From: a virus
Virus record (IMG/VR): IMGVR_UViG_3300009152_000030
Coordinates: 1 to 64,000 of that record
Strand: one strand, 5' to 3'
Length of the DNA stretch: 64,000 nt
Part shown: positions 19,957 through 30,109 of the stretch, one piece after another
How the letters are laid out: each line of letters opens with the position of its first letter
Position numbering within the stretch: position 1 is the stretch's first letter
Notes under the pieces: model-generated
The model's input: only the letters and a program-made list of their open reading frames with translations
Told to the model about the DNA's origin: nothing
Databases searched by the model: none
Program-made: the position numbers and the translations under genes

Positions 19957-20267
19957 AGTTCCTTAACAGGCCAGCTGTCTACCATGCCAGTAAGAAGGAA
20001 CTCACGCTCCTCTGATCTAAGCATAGGGAATGCGTCTTGTACCATCTTGCCCCCATTCCATTCTGCAACAGACATCATGAATGTGCTACTAGACATCTGA
20101 GGGTCAAGAACATAATACACTCGGCTAAACGGATCGCGCCGAATAAGTCTAATCTCATCAGTCTGCTCTACAATATAAGCCGTAAGCGGCCCTCTTGGAG
20201 TCTGAACTGTATGATAATCACCAGCAAGACTAGGAATCCAAAAAGTATCAGTGTGAGGATACAACAT
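19953..20267 (-). CDS. Hypothetical protein
   Basis: AAGGAG SD; VQDAFPMLRSEEREFLLTG motif. Confidence 0.7.
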   Translation of the reverse strand: MLYPHTDTFWIPSLAGDYHTVQTPRGPLTAYIVEQTDEIRLIRRDPFSRVYYVLDPQMSSSTFMMSVAEWNGGKMVQDAFPMLRSEEREFLLTGMVDSWPVKEL

Positions 20268-20315
20268 AATATATCTCCTTTGTTACAGATTAATTTTCAA
20301 ATAACTAATTATAAG

Positions 20316-20388
20316 TGCTTCAAGTAGGACTCGAACCTACGACCACTGGTTTACAAAACCAGGGCTCTACCAACTGAGCTATTGAAGC
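20316..20388 (-). tRNA. tRNA-Thr(UGU)
   Basis: Cloverleaf; CTGGT-TTTGTAA-ACCAG. Confidence 0.95.
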
Positions 20389-20389
20389 A

Positions 20390-20464
20390 TGGTCGGGATG
20401 ACAGGGATCGAACCTGCGACATCTTGCTCCCAAAGCAAGCGCGCTACCACTGCGCTACATCCCG
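20390..20464 (-). tRNA. tRNA-Pro(UGG)
   Basis: Cloverleaf CGGGATG...; CTTGC-TTTGGGA-GCAAG; encoded CCA. Confidence 0.95.
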
Positions 20465-20483
20465 ATTAACAATAAGATATCAG

Positions 20484-20556
20484 TACGACGGGAGGGGCTC
20501 GAACCCTCGACTGACGGATTAAAAGTCCGCTACTCTACCAACTGAGTTACCGTCGC
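20484..20556 (-). tRNA. tRNA-Lys(UUU)
   Basis: Cloverleaf; GCGGA-CTTTTAA-TCCGT. Confidence 0.95.
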
Positions 20557-20577
20557 AAAATAGCAGACAAAATAAAG

Positions 20578-20651
20578 TGGACCCACTAGGACTTGAACCT
20601 AGAACCAAACGGTTATGAGCCGTCTTCTCTGACCAATTGAGATATGAGTCC
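20578..20651 (-). tRNA. tRNA-Ile2(CAU), lysidine type
   Basis: GACGG-CTCATAA-CCGTT anticodon arm and GGAC...GTCCA acceptor resemble bacterial Ile2; G1-C72 pair and no triple G-C, so not fMet; adjacent to tilS. Confidence 0.8.
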
Positions 20652-20710
20652 AAAAGAGGGGATATCCCATCCCCAAGAAAAGCAAATTGCACCATAGTAC
20701 AATTACTTTT

Positions 20711-21385
20711 CTAAATGTATTCAAATAGTACTTTATTATTTGGTGGATAAAGAATCTTTTCCACTACAGTATATAGACCAGCATTTACGAATAGTGCGTG
20801 AGGCACAATGTTCTTCCTAATGTAAGATCTCATGTTTGAGCCATCAAAATTAGTTGGATCAACATAATAGCAAAGATTATTTTCTTTGCAATACATTAGT
20901 AAAGATTCTTTTTTGTTTCTAATGAAAGGTCTAACTACAAAGACATTTGAATCTTCTTTTAAACGACGACTGAATGGCATAGTATAAGCTTTGCCATTCA
21001 ATGTATTAAAAAGGTATGTTTCGACAGCATCATCTAAGTGATGAGCTGTAATAATTTTACAAGCGCTAAAACTCGCTGCTACTTGACCAAAAAGTCTGTA
21101 TCTCTCGTCGCGCCAGTACTCTTCTCGACTAGAAGCCATTGGTCTATCTGGATTGATAGCCAAGGACTTAAACTGCCAAGAATGAGCCTTACAATAATCT
21201 CTAACAATCTTTTCAGAAAGATCAGAGGTTACTGTGCCATGATGGATAAATACCACCATGCCATGCTGACTATGCTTACCCTTTGTTAAGAAGTGCAAGC
21301 AAGCCATACTATCTGGCCCACCTGAGCAGGCAAAAATAAATGGTTTGTCTTTTGAGAGTAATCTTTTGTCGTACTTAAGATACAT
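20711..21385 (-). CDS. tilS: tRNA(Ile)-lysidine synthetase, catalytic domain only
   Basis: PP-loop ACSGGPDS, HHG, RDERY, TAHHLDDAVET, VRPF, DPTN, RSYIR. Confidence 0.9.
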   Translation of the reverse strand: MYLKYDKRLLSKDKPFIFACSGGPDSMACLHFLTKGKHSQHGMVVFIHHGTVTSDLSEKIVRDYCKAHSWQFKSLAINPDRPMASSREEYWRDERYRLFGQVAASFSACKIITAHHLDDAVETYLFNTLNGKAYTMPFSRRLKEDSNVFVVRPFIRNKKESLLMYCKENNLCYYVDPTNFDGSNMRSYIRKNIVPHALFVNAGLYTVVEKILYPPNNKVLFEYI

Positions 21386-21393
21386 ACTTTCCT

Positions 21394-23673
21394 TTAAAGA
21401 TTAGCGATATAGTAGTCAAATACGTCTAGAATTTCAGTACACTGTACTGTAATATCAGGACGACCTTGAGTAATGATATTCTTAGGAAATCCTAGAAGGA
21501 ATGACTGATTAGCATAATCAGCAATTAACTCAGATCTATATCCAGAAAGACTATGAATATACTTTACTCGATAATCCGTCTCGTTCTTGATTAGAATTTC
21601 CATGTACTTGACAGGATTGGCAAGAGCCTTAGCCTTAGCTTGAATAAACTTCTTCTTATACTCACCGAAAATTGAGTTCATAAGCTTAGCATCGGCAGCA
21701 GCTGGGATATCGGCCCCACATTTGACATTTAAATCATAGCCAATATTATTGCTCTGACCAAGGTAGTATCTTGTAAATGTATACTCGACGTAATGTCTCA
21801 TAAACAATTGAAGATATCCAAGATTAATCTTTTCCTCTTGGGTAAGACTGTCTTCCCTGCTAGTAAGATCCACATACATTGCAGTGTATGCTTCAAAGGT
21901 CTTATTCTTTACAATAGAAATTGTAAAAGTATTAAAGTACTTAGGCATATGCTTTGTCTGCTCGTCAAAGTAAGCAGGAACAAGTTCATTAATAGCATTT
22001 ACGATCTCGTGCCACTTAGCCCTATCATCATAGGGCATTGCTGGATGAGCATCTTTCTCATTGAATCCACAGAATGAACGTCTATAGTTATTTACACCAT
22101 ACTGATAAGGAGTCGATGCATATCCATTTCTGGTTCTGCTACGACTATTAACCAGACTAGTAAGAGTCTCGCCAACCTTCTTTTGAACCCACTTGTTGAG
22201 ACTTGCGCCTGTAACATTAGAGTTAGCCACAAGATCCATAGCCATATGAAGAGCATAAGACTTAGGCTCTTCGGAATTTTGCCAAATAGATCCATTATAG
22301 TTTTGATCTGGAGCAAGTTCAGGTAAGTCAAAAGACTGAAGCATTTTACTTGCAGTCTTTCTAGTGTTTTGATCTTCGCTTCGGAGCATACCATACAAAG
22401 AATCATATGTTGTAAGATTCAAAGTAGGATTACTTTGCTTTAGCTGAGAGACAAACGTACTTTCACTTACAACCGTAATGTCAGGGTTCTCAGAAAGAAA
22501 TCCAAACAAACGGTCTAGTGAATCAAAATGAGTTTCCAGTGCAATGTATCTATCAGTATTTATAACTTCATAGTGATCAGTATCTAGAAGATCAATCTCT
22601 AGTTTTGCAGGAGTAACCTCAGAAGAAAATGATCCGCTGTTAAGACCATAGCTATTGCCATAGTATTGTCCAGCACTTTTTCTTTCCCACCTGGCCCCCC
22701 ACTCATTCCATTGAGCCAAAGGCATTTCAAGCTTAGGGCCATTCTTAAGATCTAGGATGTCTGCATCAGACATAAAAGACATATAAAGCATGGGAACATT
22801 ATATAGAACATTATATGCATATCCAGTTGGGTTATTAGATTTTGGAACATCTAGTCCTCTAAGGATGCGATTTTGCCATCCCCAGTCAAAAGCGAAATGA
22901 GGAGAAGTCAGTACGCGACCTCTACCTGTAATTTCCTCTATCTTCAAATCAGAATAAGGACTGCTATAAACAGGGCCAAGATAGCCATACTTAATAGTTT
23001 CAAGTATTGCTTCGTAAGGACTATGTTGATAATTGCCGCGGCTAGTAGCACCGCTAGAATCCATTGAACGAGTACCAACAAGTAGCTTAACAATGTTATC
23101 CTTGATTGCTGATTGATTGTCTAGAAAATGCCGCTCAAGAGCATTCTTAATAGCATGTGGTGTTGCAATAACTGCCTTAATAGGAGCAGCCTTCATCATA
23201 CCCTGAGGGTACTTTACAATATGATTAAGAGAACGCTCTTCATCGTTAGACAAAACATAATACTGTGTCTTGCTAGGGGCCTTTGCAACGCTACAATCAT
23301 ACTTTAAGGCAAAAGCCTTTTGCTCGTCATTGGAGTAATAGCCAGAGCCAAAAGCAATTGTAGAGTCATTAGGAATTGGCTTGGTTGAGATATCAACATA
23401 CTGCATTCCAAGACGACGCACTGCTTCTTCCTGAGTAACAACAAGATCACAAGATGAGCCTTCGTTGTAAAAAGGAATAGGCAATCTGGTACGACCACTA
23501 TAATGATGCCGGGTGCCCTGGTTGGGAATACAACAAGCTGTATCCCACTCGGACACCAAAATGTTATCTAGATTATACTTAATATTATTAAGAAAATAAG
23601 TACTAGAATCATTTGGTTTAGTTGCAACAATATCGAGAACAATAGACTTTAAATTAGACTTTCTCCCAATCAT
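21394..23673 (-). CDS. Large hypothetical protein (759 aa)
   Basis: Long ORF after the AAA/VWA pair. Confidence 0.75.
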   Translation of the reverse strand: MIGRKSNLKSIVLDIVATKPNDSSTYFLNNIKYNLDNILVSEWDTACCIPNQGTRHHYSGRTRLPIPFYNEGSSCDLVVTQEEAVRRLGMQYVDISTKPIPNDSTIAFGSGYYSNDEQKAFALKYDCSVAKAPSKTQYYVLSNDEERSLNHIVKYPQGMMKAAPIKAVIATPHAIKNALERHFLDNQSAIKDNIVKLLVGTRSMDSSGATSRGNYQHSPYEAILETIKYGYLGPVYSSPYSDLKIEEITGRGRVLTSPHFAFDWGWQNRILRGLDVPKSNNPTGYAYNVLYNVPMLYMSFMSDADILDLKNGPKLEMPLAQWNEWGARWERKSAGQYYGNSYGLNSGSFSSEVTPAKLEIDLLDTDHYEVINTDRYIALETHFDSLDRLFGFLSENPDITVVSESTFVSQLKQSNPTLNLTTYDSLYGMLRSEDQNTRKTASKMLQSFDLPELAPDQNYNGSIWQNSEEPKSYALHMAMDLVANSNVTGASLNKWVQKKVGETLTSLVNSRSRTRNGYASTPYQYGVNNYRRSFCGFNEKDAHPAMPYDDRAKWHEIVNAINELVPAYFDEQTKHMPKYFNTFTISIVKNKTFEAYTAMYVDLTSREDSLTQEEKINLGYLQLFMRHYVEYTFTRYYLGQSNNIGYDLNVKCGADIPAAADAKLMNSIFGEYKKKFIQAKAKALANPVKYMEILIKNETDYRVKYIHSLSGYRSELIADYANQSFLLGFPKNIITQGRPDITVQCTEILDVFDYYIANL

Positions 23674-23687
23674 TGTTATCCTTACCC

Positions 23688-24881
23688 TTACGCCCCAAGG
23701 ACGTAGCTAGAAAACTCTTGCTGCATTGCAAGACTTGCGAACTTATCATTATTCGCAATAAGAGACTGACAAATATGACGGGTCAGATCTTCCATAAAGA
23801 TCTTCTCCTTCACAATATGCGTAAGTCGATCCTTGGTTCCCTTATCAACAGGCTTCTTAGAGTGAAGCTGATTAAGGAAAATTACAAGACGAGTTGCAAG
23901 AATGCTTGCGATAGCGGCCTTATAGGTACCGTCAGTATTCGTAGCGCTGCGGATCTGATTGCCAAGGAAATCAACGTCCTTGTGATCATAGGCTGCACGA
24001 ATATCAGGAAGCTTATCTAGCTCATCGTTAATGAAGTTGATAAAGAGGCTGGTAGTCTCAGGACCACAGCTGGCATCACCGACAAGTCGAATGAACTTAA
24101 GCTGCTTCTTGAAGTCCTTGAAGTCGCTAATCTGATTAAAGAAATGCACGATTGAACGCGGATTAATCTTCTCAGGAGACATAATCTCAGGATGCTTAAG
24201 AACAAAGTTGATACAACGCTGATCTAGCGCATTCTGCTCTGCCCAGGTAGCCCAAGTCTCTGCATCAAAGCCATACTGAATCGTAATAAAACGAGTCTTC
24301 ATGGCATTGTCAATCTCCTGAACCATGTAATTATCATTAGCAGGATTGCTAGTTAGGATAATCGTCCAGCCCTTGGGAAGCTTGAAGCTAATGTATTCCT
24401 GACGGTCAATCAGCTCCATAACAGCCTGCATGTAACGGGGGTCTGCGCGAGTGTAGTCATCCAAGAGAAGGATGCCGCCCTTGTCAGTACGACCCTGAAT
24501 CCAAGCAGGAACGGCATAGCCCATGCGGACTTCACCAGTCAAGTTATTGGCGTCAAGACGGTCAGTGCTAACGACATTTAGATGATCACTAGTAATCCAA
24601 GTGCCATCTTCAAGCTTATATTCCTTCACAGGAAAGCCTACGATATCGCCAAGCTCCTCGCACTGCGCAAGATTGATCTTGACCATGTGAAGATCATTGC
24701 GCTGAGCAACCTGAAGAACAGTAGAAGTCTTACCGAGACCAGCGTGGCCCTCGATGTTAACAGCCGTAGGCATCATGCCACGGTCCTGAAGACCCCTATT
24801 GGTGCGAATTACGTGCTCGAGAAACGTAACAATTTCACGAGAGTTGAGAATGAGACTATCATCGATCTTAATTTGAGACAT
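23688..24881 (-). CDS. MoxR/dynein-related AAA+ ATPase
   Basis: Walker A GHAGLGKT, Walker B LLLDDYTR, TSNP, AMKTRF, NPRS. Confidence 0.85.
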   Translation of the reverse strand: MSQIKIDDSLILNSREIVTFLEHVIRTNRGLQDRGMMPTAVNIEGHAGLGKTSTVLQVAQRNDLHMVKINLAQCEELGDIVGFPVKEYKLEDGTWITSDHLNVVSTDRLDANNLTGEVRMGYAVPAWIQGRTDKGGILLLDDYTRADPRYMQAVMELIDRQEYISFKLPKGWTIILTSNPANDNYMVQEIDNAMKTRFITIQYGFDAETWATWAEQNALDQRCINFVLKHPEIMSPEKINPRSIVHFFNQISDFKDFKKQLKFIRLVGDASCGPETTSLFINFINDELDKLPDIRAAYDHKDVDFLGNQIRSATNTDGTYKAAIASILATRLVIFLNQLHSKKPVDKGTKDRLTHIVKEKIFMEDLTRHICQSLIANNDKFASLAMQQEFSSYVLGA

Positions 24882-24965
24882 TTATTTATCCTTGGTTATA
24901 AGGTATTAGGATAAATAGTAAAGAATACTTTAATCTGTTTTACTTTAATTAATAATCAAAAAGTT

Positions 24966-26345
24966 CTAAAGAACTTCCTTCATAATAACAACATCGCCAG
25001 GAAATTTTTGTTCTTTGTATTGCTCACGTTCACCGCGAGTCATAACCCAAAGAATGGGCTTAGTTGTCTTAATAGACGGAGGAGTACATGCTCCATCACT
25101 AAAATAAACAAGACAAGTATACTTGCTCTTATTCTTATTCATATACTCAACAGGAGGATCAAAGTCAGTGCCACCACGGCCATAAACCGTAACAGTGTTC
25201 TTCTTAGAGTATTCTTCAACCTTTGCAATTGCAGCATCGCAATGAAGAAGAGTCATCTTTGCGCCACTCTTAGAGATAAACTCTAGCTCTGCCATAAAGT
25301 TTGCCAACTCCTGATCGCTAACGCTACCGCTAGTGTCAATCGCAATAAGCAACTTATGCTTAGGATTGAACTTTAGACCAGGCTGACCGACAAAGCGAAT
25401 CGATTCCTTACGCTTAGTCTTCTTTACAATTACACTAGTACTCGCAGCAATGAATCTTCTGAAGTAAGCTTTCCAGTTAGTAACTGGATCCTTCTTTTCA
25501 AGAAGACGATCAATCTCTGAAAGTAGATTACCAGGGATATAGCCGCGAGCAGTAGATCCAGACTGACGAATAGTCTCATGGTAAGCTCTACGAACCTGCT
25601 GACGACGGATCTCATCAACCGCTTCCCAGTAGCCCGTAGAATCTTCACCAGGCTCAAGGTCTGGCTTGTCCCACTGACTATGACTAGGATCGCCCTGGCC
25701 ATACATATCCATTAGATTCTGATCTGCCTTTGAAGGACCTTTCCCAGGCTGACTTTCGGAGTCACTATCTTTATCTCCTGATGGAGCAGGAGAAGATCCT
25801 TCTTGCTCATCCTGACCGCCATCAGGACTATCACCAGGATTCTTAGGCCCTTGGTCTGGCCCATTACCAGGACAAGGATCGCCGTAGAACTCATCAGGAT
25901 ACTCTCCCTTTAGATCTTCAATCTTCTGCTTTAGAAAATCATAGTAGAAGACAGTACCCGCCTTTTCAGGCAAGTCGTAATCTGGGAAGGTATCCATCTG
26001 GATACAGCCTTCTGGGAGTTCTGATCTTTCAATGTACTGATTGATCTCAAGATCAGCAGCAATATTAAAGATCTTATGATCTGGACAACGGTTACGATAG
26101 TAAGGACTCAAGTGGCCAAGCGAGATATGAAGAATCTCATGCTTTAGTACGCCAACCTGATGCTCAGGGGGCATATCAAGATATCTCCCCTTTCTAAGCA
26201 ACAACTTAAAGTTGTATCCCTCCATCGCAACTGCCGCGATAGGAATCGAATGATCGACCTCATACTTATTGACACCCAATAAATACAATCCAAAGAAAGG
26301 ATTGTCGTTCATCAATAGCCGAAACGGCTTAGTATATTGCTGCAT
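24966..26345 (-). CDS. DUF2201-type metallopeptidase-like + VWA domain protein
   Basis: HEILH zincin motif, NIAADLEIN, MIDAS DTSGS, GRGGTDF, FSDG. Confidence 0.85.
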   Translation of the reverse strand: MQQYTKPFRLLMNDNPFFGLYLLGVNKYEVDHSIPIAAVAMEGYNFKLLLRKGRYLDMPPEHQVGVLKHEILHISLGHLSPYYRNRCPDHKIFNIAADLEINQYIERSELPEGCIQMDTFPDYDLPEKAGTVFYYDFLKQKIEDLKGEYPDEFYGDPCPGNGPDQGPKNPGDSPDGGQDEQEGSSPAPSGDKDSDSESQPGKGPSKADQNLMDMYGQGDPSHSQWDKPDLEPGEDSTGYWEAVDEIRRQQVRRAYHETIRQSGSTARGYIPGNLLSEIDRLLEKKDPVTNWKAYFRRFIAASTSVIVKKTKRKESIRFVGQPGLKFNPKHKLLIAIDTSGSVSDQELANFMAELEFISKSGAKMTLLHCDAAIAKVEEYSKKNTVTVYGRGGTDFDPPVEYMNKNKSKYTCLVYFSDGACTPPSIKTTKPILWVMTRGEREQYKEQKFPGDVVIMKEVL

Positions 26346-26368
26346 TTTTACCTTATTTTATATTTAAC

Positions 26369-27058
26369 TTATCGGCGAAATCCCTTAAAGATTGCCTCAA
26401 GTTCCTTAGTCAACTTTTCAATATCATTAATATCGCCATCAAACCCATAACCTACACCAAAAGGTAGGTTAGTTTTTACCCAACCCTTAGGTTTTCCCTT
26501 GCAACATGGATCCTGCTGCTTACAACAGACATCCTTATTGCGCATTTCATTGGTATTATCACCGTCATAATCTGAAGATTGCTTAGTCCACACAGGCGGA
26601 CGCACAGCAGGCTTATTAAGATCAATCTTAGGCTTATCTCGACGAACTCCTTCAAGGGTCCAAAAATACTTGTCAGCTGTCATAAACGCAGAAATAATCT
26701 TTCCTGTAAGCTCAGTGTACTGAGGTGTACGCTTCTCATCTTCAGCCAAGGTAAGCTCTCTACGGGCTTCGTAGCAAGCAGCCTCTAGCAATGCAATACC
26801 ATTGCTAATCAACGCATGTTTACTAGCATCACGAAAGTCAAGAAGACGATCAGCCTTTGCGTCATAGATCAAAGACGGATCTTTCTCATAAACAAAGTGA
26901 TATTCTGGGAATAGCGAACAAAGCTCTCTGAGAACAATAGCAAAATGCTTACCACTGACTGTCATGGAACGATCAGTATTGGGCAGATGCACAGTGTAGC
27001 AGCCCACAGTGGGCGCATCATAAATGATAATCTGGGGACGGCGAGTATTTACTTCCAT
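26369..27058 (-). CDS. Hypothetical protein
   Basis: ORF with AAGGAG SD. Confidence 0.7.
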   Translation of the reverse strand: MEVNTRRPQIIIYDAPTVGCYTVHLPNTDRSMTVSGKHFAIVLRELCSLFPEYHFVYEKDPSLIYDAKADRLLDFRDASKHALISNGIALLEAACYEARRELTLAEDEKRTPQYTELTGKIISAFMTADKYFWTLEGVRRDKPKIDLNKPAVRPPVWTKQSSDYDGDNTNEMRNKDVCCKQQDPCCKGKPKGWVKTNLPFGVGYGFDGDINDIEKLTKELEAIFKGFRR

Positions 27059-27115
27059 TTTATTCTCCTTGTTTAAAAACCAATTATAAAATACAAATTA
27101 AAAAAATCAAAAAGT

Positions 27116-27496
27116 CTATCCTAGAGAGTCAACAAGGTCATCCATTTGTTGACTGGTAAAAGACTGCTGTTTGGTAGTCTTTCCCTGCATATTCGGACAA
27201 ATAATGTCTTCTACATGCACAATATGATTGTATGTAACTCGAATTGCCTCTGTTTGTCCCTTTGGAACAAAGGGCTTAGTTACATATGGTTCCCCAAGCC
27301 TGCAATTGTGAAGACCAATAACGCTTCCAGCAGGAACACCCTTAAGTTTGTCACTAAGGGAACCCTTTTGAATTCGAACCATAAACGTTGTAAAACTTTT
27401 ATTTGGCTCAGAACTTACAATCTTAATATACATATAATCTGGATTCTCAACATTATAAGTGCCAAGCACTCCTGAGAGATACATCGAATGTGCCAT
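27116..27496 (-). CDS. Hypothetical protein (possible OB fold)
   Basis: Beta-rich ORF with an acidic tail. Confidence 0.55.
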   Translation of the reverse strand: MAHSMYLSGVLGTYNVENPDYMYIKIVSSEPNKSFTTFMVRIQKGSLSDKLKGVPAGSVIGLHNCRLGEPYVTKPFVPKGQTEAIRVTYNHIVHVEDIICPNMQGKTTKQQSFTSQQMDDLVDSLG

Positions 27497-27711
27497 TATT
27501 CCTCTATTAGTTCAACGTAAATTAAAACTGCAGTCATCCGATTAATTAGATATACTGCATTATCAATACGAATTCGAATACCAAGACTATTATTAGCTAT
27601 TACATACAATTTTCTATCTACTATAAACCCCATCTCAGACAAACGTCTAGACCAAGGTTTTGTAGATTTAATTGTGTATTTGCCTGGAGCACAAAATATT
27701 AAACATTTCAT
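27496..27711 (-). CDS. FeoA-like SH3-fold protein
   Basis: RRLSEMGF..RKLYVI..SLGIRIRIDN..YLINR..A..IYVE matches the FeoA pattern. Confidence 0.65.
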   Translation of the reverse strand: MKCLIFCAPGKYTIKSTKPWSRRLSEMGFIVDRKLYVIANNSLGIRIRIDNAVYLINRMTAVLIYVELIEE

Positions 27712-27716
27712 TAATC

Positions 27717-27995
27717 TTAATTTTCTGTTCCATCAATAGCATACTCAACTTTAAACTGATGAATAGCTTTAAGTAGCGAGACAAACGCATTTAGAATGCA
27801 AAGACAAGAAGTATCATTGACTGCTTCTGCCATTTGATTAGACAAATACCACATTGTTGACAATAGATGCCCAGGAAGCTGGCCATTCAAGTCATGAAGA
27901 ATCATGTCATACAATTCGCTCTTGCTAATCTGATCAATTTGTTGAAGTCTGTAGACTTGAAAAATAAGATCTGAATTAATCGAAGGACCAGTCAT
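27717..27995 (-). CDS. Hypothetical protein
   Basis: ORF with AAGGAG SD. Confidence 0.6.
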   Translation of the reverse strand: MTGPSINSDLIFQVYRLQQIDQISKSELYDMILHDLNGQLPGHLLSTMWYLSNQMAEAVNDTSCLCILNAFVSLLKAIHQFKVEYAIDGTEN

Positions 27996-28005
27996 TATTA
28001 ACTCC

Positions 28006-28710
28006 TTAAGCTAAAGCTTTTTCCATTTGATTACCATGTGCAATAAATGCAATAATAGGTGCAGCTTTCTTGCTACCATTACAAAGCCTACACTGATTAC
28101 AAGTAATACTGCTTTTGGTTTGCGCTGGACAGACAACTACTTTATTACCAGCTGGACTAGTAAATGCATGAGGACTATCTTCACCTACAATCGTTGTAGC
28201 TCTCCATCCCTGGGCAACAGCAAGATCTGCGTCATTAATCTTTTCGCAACTTGCCATAAGAGAACCGCGCCAATTCTTAGCTACTTTTTCTTCTCTCCAG
28301 TGATGGGTATACCCTACTAGTTCAAGCTTTGTTTTGCCAATAGTTTCTTTGATCTCAGATGCTTGCGTTGCTGAGCATCTTCCAATGTCTCCAATGGCGG
28401 ATACACGAACCATTCTAGCGGTCTTGTGTCTATTCTGCAAAGCGTAAGATAAGGTCTTATCAGCGCCTCTTGCATAGGCACGCCTAGTTGAACTAGATCC
28501 AATATTGACGCTACCACTCCACGCATAACAGCCGTTACCTCTGAGCTTACATCCATTGCAACTCTCCCATGCTTCTTGCTTAGTATAGCCAATATATAGA
28601 GTAGGAACATTGCCAGTCTTTACATTAACAGCCTGAGCATTCCAAATAAGGTTGAAGTCTGCTTCTTGTGAAGATGACTCTAGTGATTCTAAAATATTAT
28701 CGTAATTCAT
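28006..28710 (-). CDS. Cys-rich phage protein (possible metal/Fe-S binding)
   Basis: NVKTG, SCNGC..CYA, GYTH, VVCPA, TCNQCRLC, AHG. Confidence 0.7.
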   Translation of the reverse strand: MNYDNILESLESSSQEADFNLIWNAQAVNVKTGNVPTLYIGYTKQEAWESCNGCKLRGNGCYAWSGSVNIGSSSTRRAYARGADKTLSYALQNRHKTARMVRVSAIGDIGRCSATQASEIKETIGKTKLELVGYTHHWREEKVAKNWRGSLMASCEKINDADLAVAQGWRATTIVGEDSPHAFTSPAGNKVVVCPAQTKSSITCNQCRLCNGSKKAAPIIAFIAHGNQMEKALA

Positions 28711-28836
28711 ATAAATATCCTAATATGAATAATTAAAAATCAAATATCAAAGAATACATTGTAAACAAATACAGATAAACAAAAAGTCCCAAGCATTTCT
28801 ACTTGGAACTTCTTTATTACTTATATTTGAATATTG

Positions 28837-29280
28837 CTATTCTAAAGTTTTCTTAGCTATTTTCTTTGGTGCATAACTAACTTTATGTTTGCCATGTTTA
28901 ATCCCAGCTTCTTCTCCCCAATTAGAAACACCTTGATAAACATACCAAGCTCTAATTGCCCACATACCATCTTCTTTGCACATTTCTTGAAGAAGACGGT
29001 CTGCTTTCTCTCTGTAAGAAAGGGGAAGGTGCTTTTCTCTGATAAGCTGATAGAGAACATCATGAACTAAAGATCCACGCATAAAATTCTTAGTATCAAT
29101 AGTTGGACCTGAAGGTCCATCCCATGCATAGCCATGACGAATCGTCAATGTGCCATCACCAAGAAGTTCTATATATTCGGTCTTGACATTCAAAGGAGGA
29201 ATTACATTTATTTTACAAGTGTAATCCTCTGCCAGTTGATATTTCCAACCATCTGTATATGTAATGTAACCTTCAGTCAT
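28837..29280 (-). CDS. DUF1353-like protein
   Basis: GYAWDGPS, SLVHDVLY, REKADRLL. Confidence 0.7.
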   Translation of the reverse strand: MTEGYITYTDGWKYQLAEDYTCKINVIPPLNVKTEYIELLGDGTLTIRHGYAWDGPSGPTIDTKNFMRGSLVHDVLYQLIREKHLPLSYREKADRLLQEMCKEDGMWAIRAWYVYQGVSNWGEEAGIKHGKHKVSYAPKKIAKKTLE

Positions 29281-29331
29281 GATGCTTCCTTAGTAATAAT
29301 TCCTACTTAGACACAGGAATCATACCAAGTT

Positions 29332-29730
29332 CTACTTAGCGTCAGCCTCAGCAGCAGTAGCTGCATCAGCAGGATGAGCAGGATGAGAAACCTCACCGGT
29401 ACCACTAAGAGGACCAACAACAGCCTCTGCGGCCACACTCTTAGCATCGTAAGGAACAGTCCGAACCTCAGGGGTAGCTGCACTGCCCGATCCAGAGCCA
29501 ACACCTGAACCAGCTGGAGCCTCAACGGCAGCAGGAGCAGTAGTAGCACGGCCAGTCATAAAACCGACAACGCCACCCAGAAGGGGAAGGACCAATGCAA
29601 GAACTGCAGCAGCTACACGAGACAGGAACCAGCCAGCTCTAGGAGCAGCGGCAGCAATCGCAGCCTCGGCGATAACCTTCATACTATCACTAGAAATCTT
29701 TGAAAGATCAGTACCATCAACATCACTCAT
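29332..29730 (-). CDS. Ala-rich membrane protein
   Basis: Central TM helix; AGGAG SD. Confidence 0.65.
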   Translation of the reverse strand: MSDVDGTDLSKISSDSMKVIAEAAIAAAAPRAGWFLSRVAAAVLALVLPLLGGVVGFMTGRATTAPAAVEAPAGSGVGSGSGSAATPEVRTVPYDAKSVAAEAVVGPLSGTGEVSHPAHPADAATAAEADAK

Positions 29731-29732
29731 AA

Positions 29733-29978
29733 TTATTCTCCTTTGTCAAAATTTGAGGCCTGAGCTGCCTCGTTTAGAATTGTTATAATCTCAGCGTAAA
29801 CAGTGTAAACATCGCAATCATCTAGATTGTAGCCCTTAGCTAAAAATCTAGAATCTAGCATTTTTGCAATAGACCAACCAGTTTCAATATCAGGATAGAA
29901 ACCAGCACCCCTGCTCATAAGCAAGGAAAATTGACCCATTGTAGAACCAATATCAATGTCTGTATAAAAACTATCCAT
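29733..29978 (-). CDS. Hypothetical protein
   Basis: ORF with GAGGA SD. Confidence 0.55.
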   Translation of the reverse strand: MDSFYTDIDIGSTMGQFSLLMSRGAGFYPDIETGWSIAKMLDSRFLAKGYNLDDCDVYTVYAEIITILNEAAQASNFDKGE

Positions 29979-30109
29979 TAGTTATCCTCTCTTTGCATAC
30001 TCAATAGATGTTGAATATCTTCACGGATGTCTTCAACCTTTGTAATAAGATCTTCAACTTGTCTTTCAAGCTGAGTAATCTTAAATTCTAGATCATATTC
30101 ATCAGGCAT
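29978..30109 (-). CDS. Small coiled-coil peptide (43 aa, not in ORF track)
   Basis: MPDEYDLEFKITQLERQVEDLITKVEDIREDIQHLLSMQREDN fills the gap between its neighbours. Confidence 0.5.
   Translation of the reverse strand: MPDEYDLEFKITQLERQVEDLITKVEDIREDIQHLLSMQREDN

Noticed and set aside
20578-20651. tRNA-Met or fMet
   Set aside because: Lacks initiator features; sequence resembles Ile2 and it lies beside tilS
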